Numbered from the stretch's first letter, positions 27,879 through 37,160 are shown. The stretch: DNA of 64,000 nucleotides from Gemmatimonadota bacterium (GCA_039585235.1 JBDGWG010000004.1:7704-71703); one strand, 5' to 3'. A program made the numbers and translations. Notes: generated from the sequence alone by a model not told the origin.

Positions 27879-29197
27879 CGTCGGTGTCTCGGTCGCCCGG
27901 GGGAGGTCGATCCACCTGTGCCTCGCTCGGCCTCCTCATCGGACTGCCCCTCGTCGCCTGGCAGGTCGCCTTCGAATCTCCTGTGGCGTCCCGCTTCCCG
28001 GACGGCACAGGTACGCAGACCCACGCGGCCGCGAGCCGACCGGGCGGGCCGCTCGTCCGAGTCGGCGTCGCCGTCGACCGGGAGAAGGTGACCCTGTCTT
28101 CACCGGGCGGATTGCGACTCGAAGACACGCTGACCGGTCAACCGGCGGGCGAGCTGGAACCCGGCGGTCGCCTGGTCGCGAGCGCGAACGGTGCCGTGCT
28201 GCGTCTTGCGGGCGACCTGCCCGGTACCATCCCTGGCGTCCCTTCCGTCCGAGTGTACCCGGTCCGGAGTGACGAGGCCGTGTACGTGGATGGGCGGCCG
28301 TATCGTGGATGGGCGGAACTGAGGTTGTCGGGCGCTGGTCGAGTGAGCGCGATCAACGAACTGCCGCTGGAAGACTATCTCCTCGGAGTAGTTCCACTCG
28401 AGATCGGCCCTCGGGAGATCGACGAGCTGGCGGCCGTGGCGGCCCAAGCGGTGGCGGCCCGCACTTACGCGGTAGCGCACCTCGGCGGACACGTCGAGTT
28501 GGGCTTCGACCTGTTCGGAAGCGTGGAAGACCAGGTGTATGGCGGCCTGGCCGCCGAGCGCGACGAATCCACGTTGGCCGTGCGACGGACCACCGGGCAG
28601 ATCCTGGTCTTCGAGGGTCGTCCCATCCGGGCGTACTATCACTCCACTTGTGGGGGCCGCACCGCGGCCATCGAGGAGGTGCTGGATCGTGACCCGGCCC
28701 CGTATCTGCAATCGGTTCCGGATCACGGACCGGACGGATCCGATTACTGCTCGGCATCTCCACGGTACCAGTGGAACGTGGTGTGGTCGCCCAGCGAGCT
28801 CGACAGAACGTCGCGGGCCGGGCTTGCGGCCCACTTCGGGGCCTCTGCGAGAGACTTCGGCACGGTTGAAGGTCTCGATATCGTGCGGAGGACCGCGAGC
28901 GGCCGGGTCAGAGACCTGGCATTCCGCGGCGCCGGCCTGGAGTTCGTGCTGAATCGGCTTGATATTCGGCGAGTGCTCACGCACGACGGCCGCATCCTGA
29001 ACTCCACCGACTTCTCGATCGTCGACCGTGCAGACGGTCTGGTGGAGCTACGCGGGCGCGGCTATGGTCACGGAGCCGGAATGTGCCAGTGGGGAGCCAT
29101 CGGCCGAGCACGTGCCGGCCAGGGTTTCGAGCAGATCCTGACCACGTACTACCCGGGTGCGGTCCTCGTAAACGCATACGAAGGAGACGACGGATGA
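27875..29197 (+). CDS. SpoIID/LytB-domain lytic transglycosylase
   Basis: LEDYL.GVVP.E, AQAVAARTYA, DQVYGG, YHSTCGGRT, GYGHG.GMCQWGA. Confidence 0.93.
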   Translation: MTSVSRSPGGGRSTCASLGLLIGLPLVAWQVAFESPVASRFPDGTGTQTHAAASRPGGPLVRVGVAVDREKVTLSSPGGLRLEDTLTGQPAGELEPGGRLVASANGAVLRLAGDLPGTIPGVPSVRVYPVRSDEAVYVDGRPYRGWAELRLSGAGRVSAINELPLEDYLLGVVPLEIGPREIDELAAVAAQAVAARTYAVAHLGGHVELGFDLFGSVEDQVYGGLAAERDESTLAVRRTTGQILVFEGRPIRAYYHSTCGGRTAAIEEVLDRDPAPYLQSVPDHGPDGSDYCSASPRYQWNVVWSPSELDRTSRAGLAAHFGASARDFGTVEGLDIVRRTASGRVRDLAFRGAGLEFVLNRLDIRRVLTHDGRILNSTDFSIVDRADGLVELRGRGYGHGAGMCQWGAIGRARAGQGFEQILTTYYPGAVLVNAYEGDDG

Positions 29198-29856
29198 TCG
29201 GAACGAGGATTCGAGGGGATGCAGGGATGTGCCGAGCCCGAAGGTTCCTGCTCGGGTCGGCGCTTGTAGCGGGAGCATTGCTCGGTGCTCGCGACGCCGC
29301 CGCCCAGAACCTGGAGGATTACGACTATGAGAACCTGGGTTTTCGGGCCATCGGCGTGGACGTGGTGTGGGCGAACGCCAAAGACGCAAAGGGAACCGTC
29401 GGCTTCGGCATCCGGGCGGACCTCGGCTTCCTCGGTCCTTCCGTACGGGTGGTGCCCCGGTTCGCCTTCTGGAAGGCGGACGTCGAGGATGAATCCGTCG
29501 CCAGGTTCGAGCGGAACCTGGAGGCGTTGTGCAATCCACCGGGTTGCAGCATCGACCTGGGAGAACTGCGGCGGGACTACTGGATCGTCGGACTCGACCT
29601 GCAGTGGACGTTGGCCAATCGCACGCTCGCCCCGTATCTGGGGGCAGGCGCGGACATGTACATCCTGAACGACTCCGGCCCGGCCATCAAGGGCACGTTC
29701 CTCGATGACGTGGTGGTTACCGCCGGGCTCTCCGGCGTCGCCGGTCTCCAATTCGATACCGGCAAACACCTCCGCCTGTACGCGGACGTGCGGGGAACGC
29801 TCGTGACCTCCGCGAGCAACGTGGCGGTGTATGCGGGTGTGGCCTACCGGTTTTGA
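29194..29856 (+). CDS. Small outer-membrane beta-barrel protein
   Basis: Signal peptide (AAA|Q), alternating strands, PYLGAG, C-terminal GVAYRF beta-signal. Confidence 0.75.
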   Translation: MIGTRIRGDAGMCRARRFLLGSALVAGALLGARDAAAQNLEDYDYENLGFRAIGVDVVWANAKDAKGTVGFGIRADLGFLGPSVRVVPRFAFWKADVEDESVARFERNLEALCNPPGCSIDLGELRRDYWIVGLDLQWTLANRTLAPYLGAGADMYILNDSGPAIKGTFLDDVVVTAGLSGVAGLQFDTGKHLRLYADVRGTLVTSASNVAVYAGVAYRF

Positions 29857-29890
29857 CGGCCCGAGACGGAGGGAGAAAGGAGCCCGTGCC

Positions 29891-30892
29891 GTGCCACGAA
29901 CCGTGAACGTCGCTGTGGTGGGGGCCGGTGGAGCGGCCCAGGTCGTGCACCTCCCGATCCTGAAGCGGCTTGGGGATGTGGAAGTCGCCGGCCTGGTCGA
30001 TACGGACCTGTCGAAGGCCAGGACCATCGCGCAGCGATTCCAGGTGGAAGCCGTGGCCCCCACCCTCGACGATCTCGCACAGACGGCGGATTTCGATGCG
30101 GTGCTGATCTGCTCGCCCACGAGCGAGCACGAGTCGGGAGTCCTGTCTGCCCTGTCGCACGGGGCCCACGTGATGTGCGAGCGTCCGTTCGTGACCCAGT
30201 CGGCGACCGCCCGTCGATTGATCGATGCGGCGTCAGAAGTAGGGCGGGAGCTCATCGTAGCGAACAATCTGCGCTACAGGTTCGATCTCCGGGCGATCAA
30301 GCACTTCGTGGCGAACGAGGAAGCGGGTACCGTTCAGCACATTCGATCCAACTGGCTCAACCGACGCTCCCGGAGGCCGAGGCGCGGTTGGCGGCGCGAT
30401 CCATCGCGCGCAGGGGGTGGGGCTTTGATGGATCTCGGTGCCCAGGCTCTCGATGTTCTGCTGTGGATCCTGGATTTCCCAGTGGTGGAGCGTCTGTGCG
30501 CCCAGTTGCACGGTGACGGTGAGGTCGAGACGTCCGCGGTCGTTCACCTGGCGCTGACTGGCGGGACGTCGGCGAGCGTCGAAGTCACATGGGAGCTCAT
30601 CGACGAGAAGGACCGCCACACAGTGGTCGTTCTCGGGACTCGCGGCTCTGCCTACTCCTACCCGCTTCAGCTTCTCACAGAGACCGAGTCCGGCGTGATG
30701 GACGTCACACCACCGATCGACCGGCCGCCATCCGAGCTATATACGGATTCCTACCGCCAGGAGTGGGGCGACTTCCTGCGTCACGTGCGAGGCGAAAAGG
30801 AGCTCGCGAGCCAGGAGGACCAGGTGAGGCTGCTCGAGGTCCTCGAGGCCTGCTACCTGTCGGCGCGGGAGGGACGCGAGGTGGCCCTATGA
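29891..30892 (+). CDS. Gfo/Idh/MocA oxidoreductase
   Basis: VAVVGAG, HVMCERP, GGGALMDLG. Confidence 0.92.
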   Translation: MPRTVNVAVVGAGGAAQVVHLPILKRLGDVEVAGLVDTDLSKARTIAQRFQVEAVAPTLDDLAQTADFDAVLICSPTSEHESGVLSALSHGAHVMCERPFVTQSATARRLIDAASEVGRELIVANNLRYRFDLRAIKHFVANEEAGTVQHIRSNWLNRRSRRPRRGWRRDPSRAGGGALMDLGAQALDVLLWILDFPVVERLCAQLHGDGEVETSAVVHLALTGGTSASVEVTWELIDEKDRHTVVVLGTRGSAYSYPLQLLTETESGVMDVTPPIDRPPSELYTDSYRQEWGDFLRHVRGEKELASQEDQVRLLEVLEACYLSAREGREVAL

Positions 30893-30902
30893 GTCGTGGG
30901 CC

Positions 30903-32087
30903 GTGATCGAAACGGCGACTCCGCGGGCCGCGCTCCGAGGACAGGCCGACGCGTTCAGTATCCCGGAGGGCGTCCACTACCTGAACTGCGCTTACATGTC
31001 TCCGCTGCTTCGGGAGGTCGAGGAAGCGGGGATCGAGGGAATTCGGCGCAAGCGCAGGCCATTCGAGATCGGTCCGCAGGACTTCTTCGAGGACAGCGAT
31101 CGGCTGCGTGCGGCCTTCGCATCGCTTGTCGGTGCCCCGGATCCCGGGCGAATCGCTATCGTCCCGTCCGTGTCCTACGGGATCACCGCCGCGGCACGCA
31201 ACCTGGCCTTGTCTCCGGGGTCCCGAATCGTCGTTCTGGCCGAGCAGTTCCCGAGCAACGTGTACCCGTGGCGACGGCTGGCCGCCGACCGGCAGATGGA
31301 CCTGCGGACCGTGCACGCACCCGGGACCGCGGGCTCGAGGGGTGAGGCCTGGAACGAGGCTCTGCTCGAGTCGATTGACGCGTCCACCTCGGTCGTGGCC
31401 GTGCCCCACTACCACTGGATGGACGGTACGCGCTTCGACCTCGAGACGATGGGAAAGCGCGCCCGGGAGGTGGGGGCGGCGCTCATCATCGACGGGACGC
31501 AGTCCATCGGGGCGGCGGCCTTCGATCTCTCCACGGTGCAGCCCGACGCGCTGGTATGCGCGGGCTACAAATGGCTTCTGGGTCCGTACAGTCTTGGACT
31601 GGCCTGGTACGGGGCCCGGTTCGACGGCGGAGTGCCTCTGGAGGAGACCTGGGCCTCACGCCCGGGCAGCGACGACTTCCGGCGCGTGGCTGACTACAGA
31701 GACGATTATCGCCCGGCTGCGGCGCGATACGACGTTGGCGAGCGATCGAACTTCATTCTCGTTCCAATGCAGCTGGCGGCGATTCGGAAGATCCAGGAGT
31801 GGTCGCCGGACGCGATCCAGGAATACTGCCGTGCGATCACGCGCGGTCCCCTCGCCGAGGCCGCTGGCCTCGGTCTGACGGTCGAGGACGAAAAGTGGCG
31901 CGGAAGCCACCTGTTCGGTCTTCGGCTCCCGGATGGGGTCGATCCCTCTCTCCTGGGCCCCGAACTGGAATCCCGCTCCGTCTCGGTATCGCTTCGGGGA
32001 AGCGCGGTTCGGGTGGCTCCGCACGTATACAACGAGGAGGGAGATCTGCGAGCCCTCCTGGAAGCCGTTCGCGCGACGCTGGGATAG
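30903..32087 (+). CDS. Class V PLP-dependent aminotransferase/lyase
   Basis: YLNCAYMSP, QFPSN, DGTQS.G, AGYKWLLGP (PLP lysine), RVAPHVYN. Confidence 0.9.
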   Translation: MIETATPRAALRGQADAFSIPEGVHYLNCAYMSPLLREVEEAGIEGIRRKRRPFEIGPQDFFEDSDRLRAAFASLVGAPDPGRIAIVPSVSYGITAAARNLALSPGSRIVVLAEQFPSNVYPWRRLAADRQMDLRTVHAPGTAGSRGEAWNEALLESIDASTSVVAVPHYHWMDGTRFDLETMGKRAREVGAALIIDGTQSIGAAAFDLSTVQPDALVCAGYKWLLGPYSLGLAWYGARFDGGVPLEETWASRPGSDDFRRVADYRDDYRPAAARYDVGERSNFILVPMQLAAIRKIQEWSPDAIQEYCRAITRGPLAEAAGLGLTVEDEKWRGSHLFGLRLPDGVDPSLLGPELESRSVSVSLRGSAVRVAPHVYNEEGDLRALLEAVRATLG

Positions 32088-32132
32088 GATCTGGTCGGTC
32101 GACGGTCGCCCGGCCCGACTCTCCGACTTTCC

Positions 32133-33353
32133 TCAGGAACGCACTCGGCTGTCATGCGAGCGGCGCCGGAAGACGTACCATCCGCGGGTCACCCGAGCCT
32201 TCCGATAGCCGAGCAGGTGAAACACCTTGACGGTGAGCCACCGGGCGACGCGTCGGTCGACGATGAGTGCATCCGCGCGGCGGCGGGCCGGGTGAATGCC
32301 CGGCAGCCAACGAGCGAGCGAGGAGACGCGAAGGCGGCGCAATGCGGCTGATAGGCGAAGCCAGGCCGGGTGCACCTCGCGCACGATGAAGAACCCGTCG
32401 TCTCCCTGCTCCTGGTACAGGGGCAGGAAGATGCGGCCATCTTCAAGCACCGCGACCGGTCCGTCACGGTCCTCCGCGACGACCTCTCCAGCCGAAACCG
32501 GTTGGAAGTTCCGATACGCGGGCCGCATGCGGAACCGCTCGGCGACGACAGCCGGCTTCCGGTACCGGACCTCGAAGACTCCGGGCAGGCTGAGGCCCGC
32601 CTCCCGGAGGGCCTTCCGCATGGCACGGGCCTCGGGGACATCTTCCTCTGCCACGTGGCCGCCCGCGATCAGGGCCATCCACACGGCGCGCTCGTGGTGG
32701 TCCACGGACACGGGGTCATCGTGCTGACCAGCCTCGATACCGAGTGTCACCGGCCCGGCACCATTGATCACCTCAAGCAAAGCGCCGTCGATCTGTTCCT
32801 CGATCCCGAGAACCAGCGGCAGGCCTATGCGTCGCGCGAACGCCCGGTTCCGGAGTGTATCGGCCAGGGTGAGAAACGGAGGACCCTCGGCGGAGGTGGT
32901 GTGAAGGTCGATCACCCTGGTCTCAGCCCGGCTTCCCTCAAGCTCGGCTCCGAGAACGGCGATCAGCTCGGCCTGCTCCCCGTCTTCCGCTGGCGCCCCC
33001 GGCAACGTCTCCGCCCGCTCCATGCCCCTGGGGCTCCAGCCGCGATTCAGGTCTCGCTCCAGGAACCTTCGTCCGGCCCTCAACGCCCTGACATTACCTG
33101 CGATCGCAACGACCTGGCCCTTGAAGGGAGGATTACTTTCGTGCAGCGAGGCGAGGACGCGTCGAAGCGCCAGGACCCCCGCGGGTTCGTTGCCGTGCAG
33201 GCCCCCGAGGCAGATCAGGCGGGGACCGGGTGGGGTTCCGAAGCGGCCGATGATACGGCTGCTCTCCATTCCCGCTTGCTCCGAGCGGTGCAGGTCTGCC
33301 TGCCTCGAATCCTCCGGACCGGAAGTTGCCGGTGAGCTGATCGCTCGGCTCAC
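32133..33353 (-). CDS. Succinylglutamate desuccinylase/aspartoacylase family (M14) deacylase with C-terminal extension
   Basis: GGLHGNE, DLNR, DLHT, IEAGQH; alternative start at 33269. Confidence 0.9.
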   Translation of the reverse strand: MSRAISSPATSGPEDSRQADLHRSEQAGMESSRIIGRFGTPPGPRLICLGGLHGNEPAGVLALRRVLASLHESNPPFKGQVVAIAGNVRALRAGRRFLERDLNRGWSPRGMERAETLPGAPAEDGEQAELIAVLGAELEGSRAETRVIDLHTTSAEGPPFLTLADTLRNRAFARRIGLPLVLGIEEQIDGALLEVINGAGPVTLGIEAGQHDDPVSVDHHERAVWMALIAGGHVAEEDVPEARAMRKALREAGLSLPGVFEVRYRKPAVVAERFRMRPAYRNFQPVSAGEVVAEDRDGPVAVLEDGRIFLPLYQEQGDDGFFIVREVHPAWLRLSAALRRLRVSSLARWLPGIHPARRRADALIVDRRVARWLTVKVFHLLGYRKARVTRGWYVFRRRSHDSRVRS

Positions 33354-35263
33354 TCCCGCAGCATCTCCTCGAGAAGCTGTCCGGCGATCCGCATGAAGTC
33401 GTGCTCGGTGATGATCCCTATGAGCCGGTCATCCTTGACGACGGGGAGACACGAGATCCGGTGCTCCCGCATCAAGTCGATCGCCTCCAGTGTCGAGGTC
33501 TCCGGTCCCACCGTGACCAGGTCGGTAATCATCACGCGGCTGACGGGAACGGGACCCTCTTCGCGGCGACCCTCGTCACTGGCGAGGTAGCGGAGCAGCG
33601 GCCGGTGCGACACGAGGCCGACGAGCCGATGTTCGTTGTCCTCCACGGGAACGTGGTGGATGCGGTGCCAGTCTATGAGGTTCGCGACCAGGTCGATGGC
33701 CTCTTCCTCGTTCACCGTGAGAAGATCGGTGGACATGTACTGTTCGACGCGGAGGTAGCTGGGCTTCCAGCTGCCCGCCTCGTCCAACTCTGCGCGGCTC
33801 CATTCGTGAACCGGGCGGGCGTGGCGCTGCCGCTCCACCGTGGCCGCGACGAGCGCCGCCATCCGTTCTTCCATCGTGCCCTTTTCGCCCATGTCGGCGA
33901 GCGAGCTGAGCTGCCAATGGGAGCCCGTCCGCCTGGAGTCCACCCGGGCCTCGACCGTATCGAGGTATCGCTCGATGTCGGCAGCATCGATGCCACGGAT
34001 GTGCAGCCCCCGGCGAGCCAGCGGCAGCAGGGTGTCGCAGATGAGCTTCTGTGCGGTCACCGGCTCGCCATCGAACCACGTGAGGTGAGCTTCGAGACCG
34101 TGCCGCGCGGCAGAAAGGAAGTTCGTGAATACGGTGTCGAACGCGATCACCTCGCGCACGTCGTCCACCTCCTCGGCGAGTCCGCTCAACAGGCCGAACC
34201 AGAACGCGGCGTTCGCGATCTCGTCGCGCACAGAAGGGCCGCAGGGCAACACGCGGTTCTCGATTCGCAGATGAGCGGTGCCGTCCGCCACCCCGTAACA
34301 GGCACGGTTCCACCGGTACACGGTGCTGTTGAACAGCTGAAGGGCCTTGAGGCTCGGAACCCGACCTTCGTTCATCACCTCGAACGGATCCTCGTCGATC
34401 TCCCTGCCCAGAAGGACCCGGAACCGGGACACGTCCGACTTGAAGATCTCGAGTACAGACTCATTGACCCACTCCCGCCCGAAGCTAACCCGCGCCGGGA
34501 CGTCCCGGATCTCGGGGATCGGGCTTCGCGTGTCCACCGACTGTTGGAACACGGCGATCCGGGTTTCCGCCCACAGGCGTCGTCCAAGCATGAGCGGGGA
34601 ATTCACGGCCGTGGCCAGCACTGGTCCCGCCACCGTCATGGCGATGTTGTAGAGGCGAGCAAACTCCTCGGGTCCTACCTGAAAGTGCACCTGGAAGCTC
34701 GCGTTCGCGGCCTCCAGCATCACCGAATCGTGGGTGACCCGGAGCTCGTCCGTGCCCTTGATACGGAGGTCGTAATCGCCCCCGCGGAGTCGGGTAAGCG
34801 CGTCGTTCAGGGCATAGTAACGGTCTGCGGGCACCATGTTGTCGAGAGACAGGTCGGACTTCCGGAGCGTCGGCAAGATCCCGGCGAGGACCACCTCGGC
34901 TCCCAGATCGCGCGCGGTCTTGCGGACCTTCTCCAGGAGCTCGTTGAGCCGGCTCTCCATGAGCCGGAGGCAGTTACCGCCAAACAGGAGAGGGTCCAGG
35001 TTGCACTCGAGGTTGAATCGACCGATCTCACTGGTGACGCGCGGATCGTCGATTCGCTCGAGCGCCTCGACGGCGATCGGGGCAGGGCGCCACATGTCGT
35101 CCACCAGGAAGAGCTCCTGCTCCAGGCCTATTCTCCGCACACCCGATTCGATGCGAGCCCCTCGGAGAAGCTGGTCGAGGGCCCGCACGTCCCGCAGGAG
35201 GGCCTGCGTGAAGACTCTGAGGTCGGAGCTGCCCAGCTCCAGACGGATTTCCTTATCGCCCAA
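33350..35263 (-). CDS. Glutamate-cysteine-ligase (GCS2)-like carboxylate-amine ligase fused to a CBS pair
   Basis: IGLEQE, SE..FNLE.N, SFQVH, RIENR motifs; two C-terminal CBS repeats (HHVPV..LVGLVS; SCLPVV..LIGIITEHD); GGAGG RBS before TTG. Confidence 0.88.
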   Translation of the reverse strand: MGDKEIRLELGSSDLRVFTQALLRDVRALDQLLRGARIESGVRRIGLEQELFLVDDMWRPAPIAVEALERIDDPRVTSEIGRFNLECNLDPLLFGGNCLRLMESRLNELLEKVRKTARDLGAEVVLAGILPTLRKSDLSLDNMVPADRYYALNDALTRLRGGDYDLRIKGTDELRVTHDSVMLEAANASFQVHFQVGPEEFARLYNIAMTVAGPVLATAVNSPLMLGRRLWAETRIAVFQQSVDTRSPIPEIRDVPARVSFGREWVNESVLEIFKSDVSRFRVLLGREIDEDPFEVMNEGRVPSLKALQLFNSTVYRWNRACYGVADGTAHLRIENRVLPCGPSVRDEIANAAFWFGLLSGLAEEVDDVREVIAFDTVFTNFLSAARHGLEAHLTWFDGEPVTAQKLICDTLLPLARRGLHIRGIDAADIERYLDTVEARVDSRRTGSHWQLSSLADMGEKGTMEERMAALVAATVERQRHARPVHEWSRAELDEAGSWKPSYLRVEQYMSTDLLTVNEEEAIDLVANLIDWHRIHHVPVEDNEHRLVGLVSHRPLLRYLASDEGRREEGPVPVSRVMITDLVTVGPETSTLEAIDLMREHRISCLPVVKDDRLIGIITEHDFMRIAGQLLEEMLRE

Positions 35264-35418
35264 CGCAACCTCCGCTACGGTGGGACCGGGCCCTGCGGTC
35301 CCGGCTGACGCGAGCGACTAAGGTCGCGTTCGCCTTCCGCCCTGACAAGTACGGGGCAATTCGGTGTACCGTATTGCACGCCGTCCGACCCCGACGGCGG
35401 GGTTCGGGCGGGCCCCCG

Positions 35419-35610
35419 TCACGTATCCTCGCCAGGTCCACTGTCAGGCGTGTAGCGGACGAAGTACCAGTGGCCATGCCCCGAGTCTTCCCCGGGCGCC
35501 GATCGCCGGGCACGGCGCAGATTGCTGACCAGGTACGTTGCTGCGCCCAGCGCAATGGTGACCAGGATCGCGACCCCGATGATCATGGTGAGGAGATCGA
35601 CGATGTCCAT
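35419..35610 (-). CDS. 63-aa single-pass membrane protein (BcsF-like candidate)
   Basis: AAAGG RBS, MDIVDLLTMIIGVAILVTIALGAATYLV TM, then LRRARR and WYFVRYTP; starts 37 nt after the upstream stop. Confidence 0.7.
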   Translation of the reverse strand: MDIVDLLTMIIGVAILVTIALGAATYLVSNLRRARRSAPGEDSGHGHWYFVRYTPDSGPGEDT

Positions 35611-35647
35611 CCAGTTACCTTTGCTGTCGGGTGTCCGGGCGCAGGCG

Positions 35648-37093
35648 TCAGTCGTCCAGGGCCGCCCGGATCTCGTCCGCCTCTTCCGGGCTCGTGAGGA
35701 TCCTGACCTCCGGGGCGCCCGCTGACGGCTCCAGTGAACGCAGGGCCCTCTCCATGAAGATGCGTGCGTGCCTGCCGCGTGCGTCCTGCAACACCACGCC
35801 GTAGCCACCATCGACGAGACCCACGAAGTCGCCGGCTTCGACCCGGACGCTGCCCCGAAGAGCATTCACCACTTCGGGTCCGACACTTTCGGGCACCAGG
35901 ACCAGGGTCAGGTAGCCGAGGAAAGGTGACTGCAGGCGCTGTCCCACTTCGGCCGTAAACTCCTCCGGCCCAACGAGATCACGAATCGGTCGGGCCTTGT
36001 GCAGGTCTCCCGGTGCCTGACGGTCGCCGGCGACGCAGGCCGCCGCCCTCCGGAAGCGCGACTTGAGCTCCCTGAGGACCACGTCCTGGCGGAGGATGTC
36101 GTCGGCCCCGGCCTCCATCGCCCGGGCCCGGTCCGACGATCGCAGCTGCCCTCGAGACAGAACAACGAGGGGCCCGGCCATCAGTGGACGGATAGTCCGA
36201 CATGCCTGGATCGCTTCATCGATTCCCGACCTCTCGACGGCGATGCACACGCCGCCCCAGCGTTCTGCTTGCAGCATGGAGATCAGCTGCTCGGGATACC
36301 TCGTCTCTCGCACCTCGTACTCCCGACTCAGCCAGCCTTCGACATCGCTTGAAATCGCCTCCGTCATGCGAAGGAGGAGCAACCGATGTCGGTCGGCATG
36401 GGCGACGTCTCCGGTTCGACGGTCCGGCTGCCCGGAGGGCGCCGTCAGACCGTTTCCAGGTCGCACTTCGAGTGTCATGGAGCCCGCGTCCTCGATAGGG
36501 GGGCGGATCCGGCACACGGTGAGCTCCCGCAAGCCGCTGCGCAGACGACCGAAATGGAACACGCCTGTGGCGCGCTGAACGACCCACTCGGTCGCGGGAG
36601 GGAGGTTCTCGTCCAAATCGGTAACCGCGGTCGCCGCCACGGTCGCCCCGCAGGTCTCTTGCCACTGGAGAAAAGAGCCGGCCATGGCCGTTCCAGCGCG
36701 CGTCTCCCACAGGAGAGTTCCGGGATCGATGGCCAGACGGCTCACCGGTCCGCCCAGGACCTCGGTCAGTTCGCCGAAGGCCTCCTCGGGATCCGCGGCG
36801 CTGAGGATCCTCCTCGGGTACTCGCCCCGGTAGCCCAGGACGTTCAGCCGCCCCCGCCTCCAGGCCCGCTCGAGCCCCTGAAGCCCCCAGTGTCCGGCCT
36901 GTTCGAACAGTTCGTGCGGCGCGTATCCACCGAGGAACGCTAACCTCTCGTCCGCATCGAGGCCCGCCGCAAGAAACTGCAGCAGAAAGGGCAGCTTGCC
37001 CGTCCCGGGAGCGCCGGCCAACAGGTACAGCCCGCCGGCCCTGAGCCCGCCGACCCGTTCGTCGAACGGCCCTACTCCACTGGATATGATCAC
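35648..37093 (-). CDS. Degenerate KaiC/RecA-type ATPase - pseudo-receiver - degenerate GGDEF protein (BcsE-like architecture)
   Basis: SG...DERVGG..GAPGTGKL, RLAIDP; receiver-like end AMEAGADDIL..RELKSR with no phosphoacceptor; eroded GGDEF fold (LTLVLV..VR..GDFVG..GYGVVL..ARIFMER). Confidence 0.75.
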   Translation of the reverse strand: MIISSGVGPFDERVGGLRAGGLYLLAGAPGTGKLPFLLQFLAAGLDADERLAFLGGYAPHELFEQAGHWGLQGLERAWRRGRLNVLGYRGEYPRRILSAADPEEAFGELTEVLGGPVSRLAIDPGTLLWETRAGTAMAGSFLQWQETCGATVAATAVTDLDENLPPATEWVVQRATGVFHFGRLRSGLRELTVCRIRPPIEDAGSMTLEVRPGNGLTAPSGQPDRRTGDVAHADRHRLLLLRMTEAISSDVEGWLSREYEVRETRYPEQLISMLQAERWGGVCIAVERSGIDEAIQACRTIRPLMAGPLVVLSRGQLRSSDRARAMEAGADDILRQDVVLRELKSRFRRAAACVAGDRQAPGDLHKARPIRDLVGPEEFTAEVGQRLQSPFLGYLTLVLVPESVGPEVVNALRGSVRVEAGDFVGLVDGGYGVVLQDARGRHARIFMERALRSLEPSAGAPEVRILTSPEEADEIRAALDD

Positions 37094-37160
37094 CGTGCGC
37101 CACCTGTCAGGAAGTTCGCCGCGTACGTCTCTACACAGGAATAGTCGTCAGGGCGGCACC

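Noticed and set aside
30903-35263. Ergothioneine-like cluster (EgtA-like ligase, amidohydrolase, EgtE-like PLP enzyme)
   Set aside because: The PLP gene is convergent and ends a different operon; no EgtB or EgtD is present; EgtC is an Ntn hydrolase, not M14
33401-35308. 635-aa antisense ORF over the ligase, and similar long shadow ORFs (24030-25652, 26472-27758, 42034-43371, 44237-45838)
   Set aside because: Typical stop-poor shadow or alternative frames of high-GC genes, with no recognisable motifs
35648-37093. Circadian KaiC
   Set aside because: Single degenerate ATPase domain, no tandem CI/CII, no kaiA or kaiB in the window
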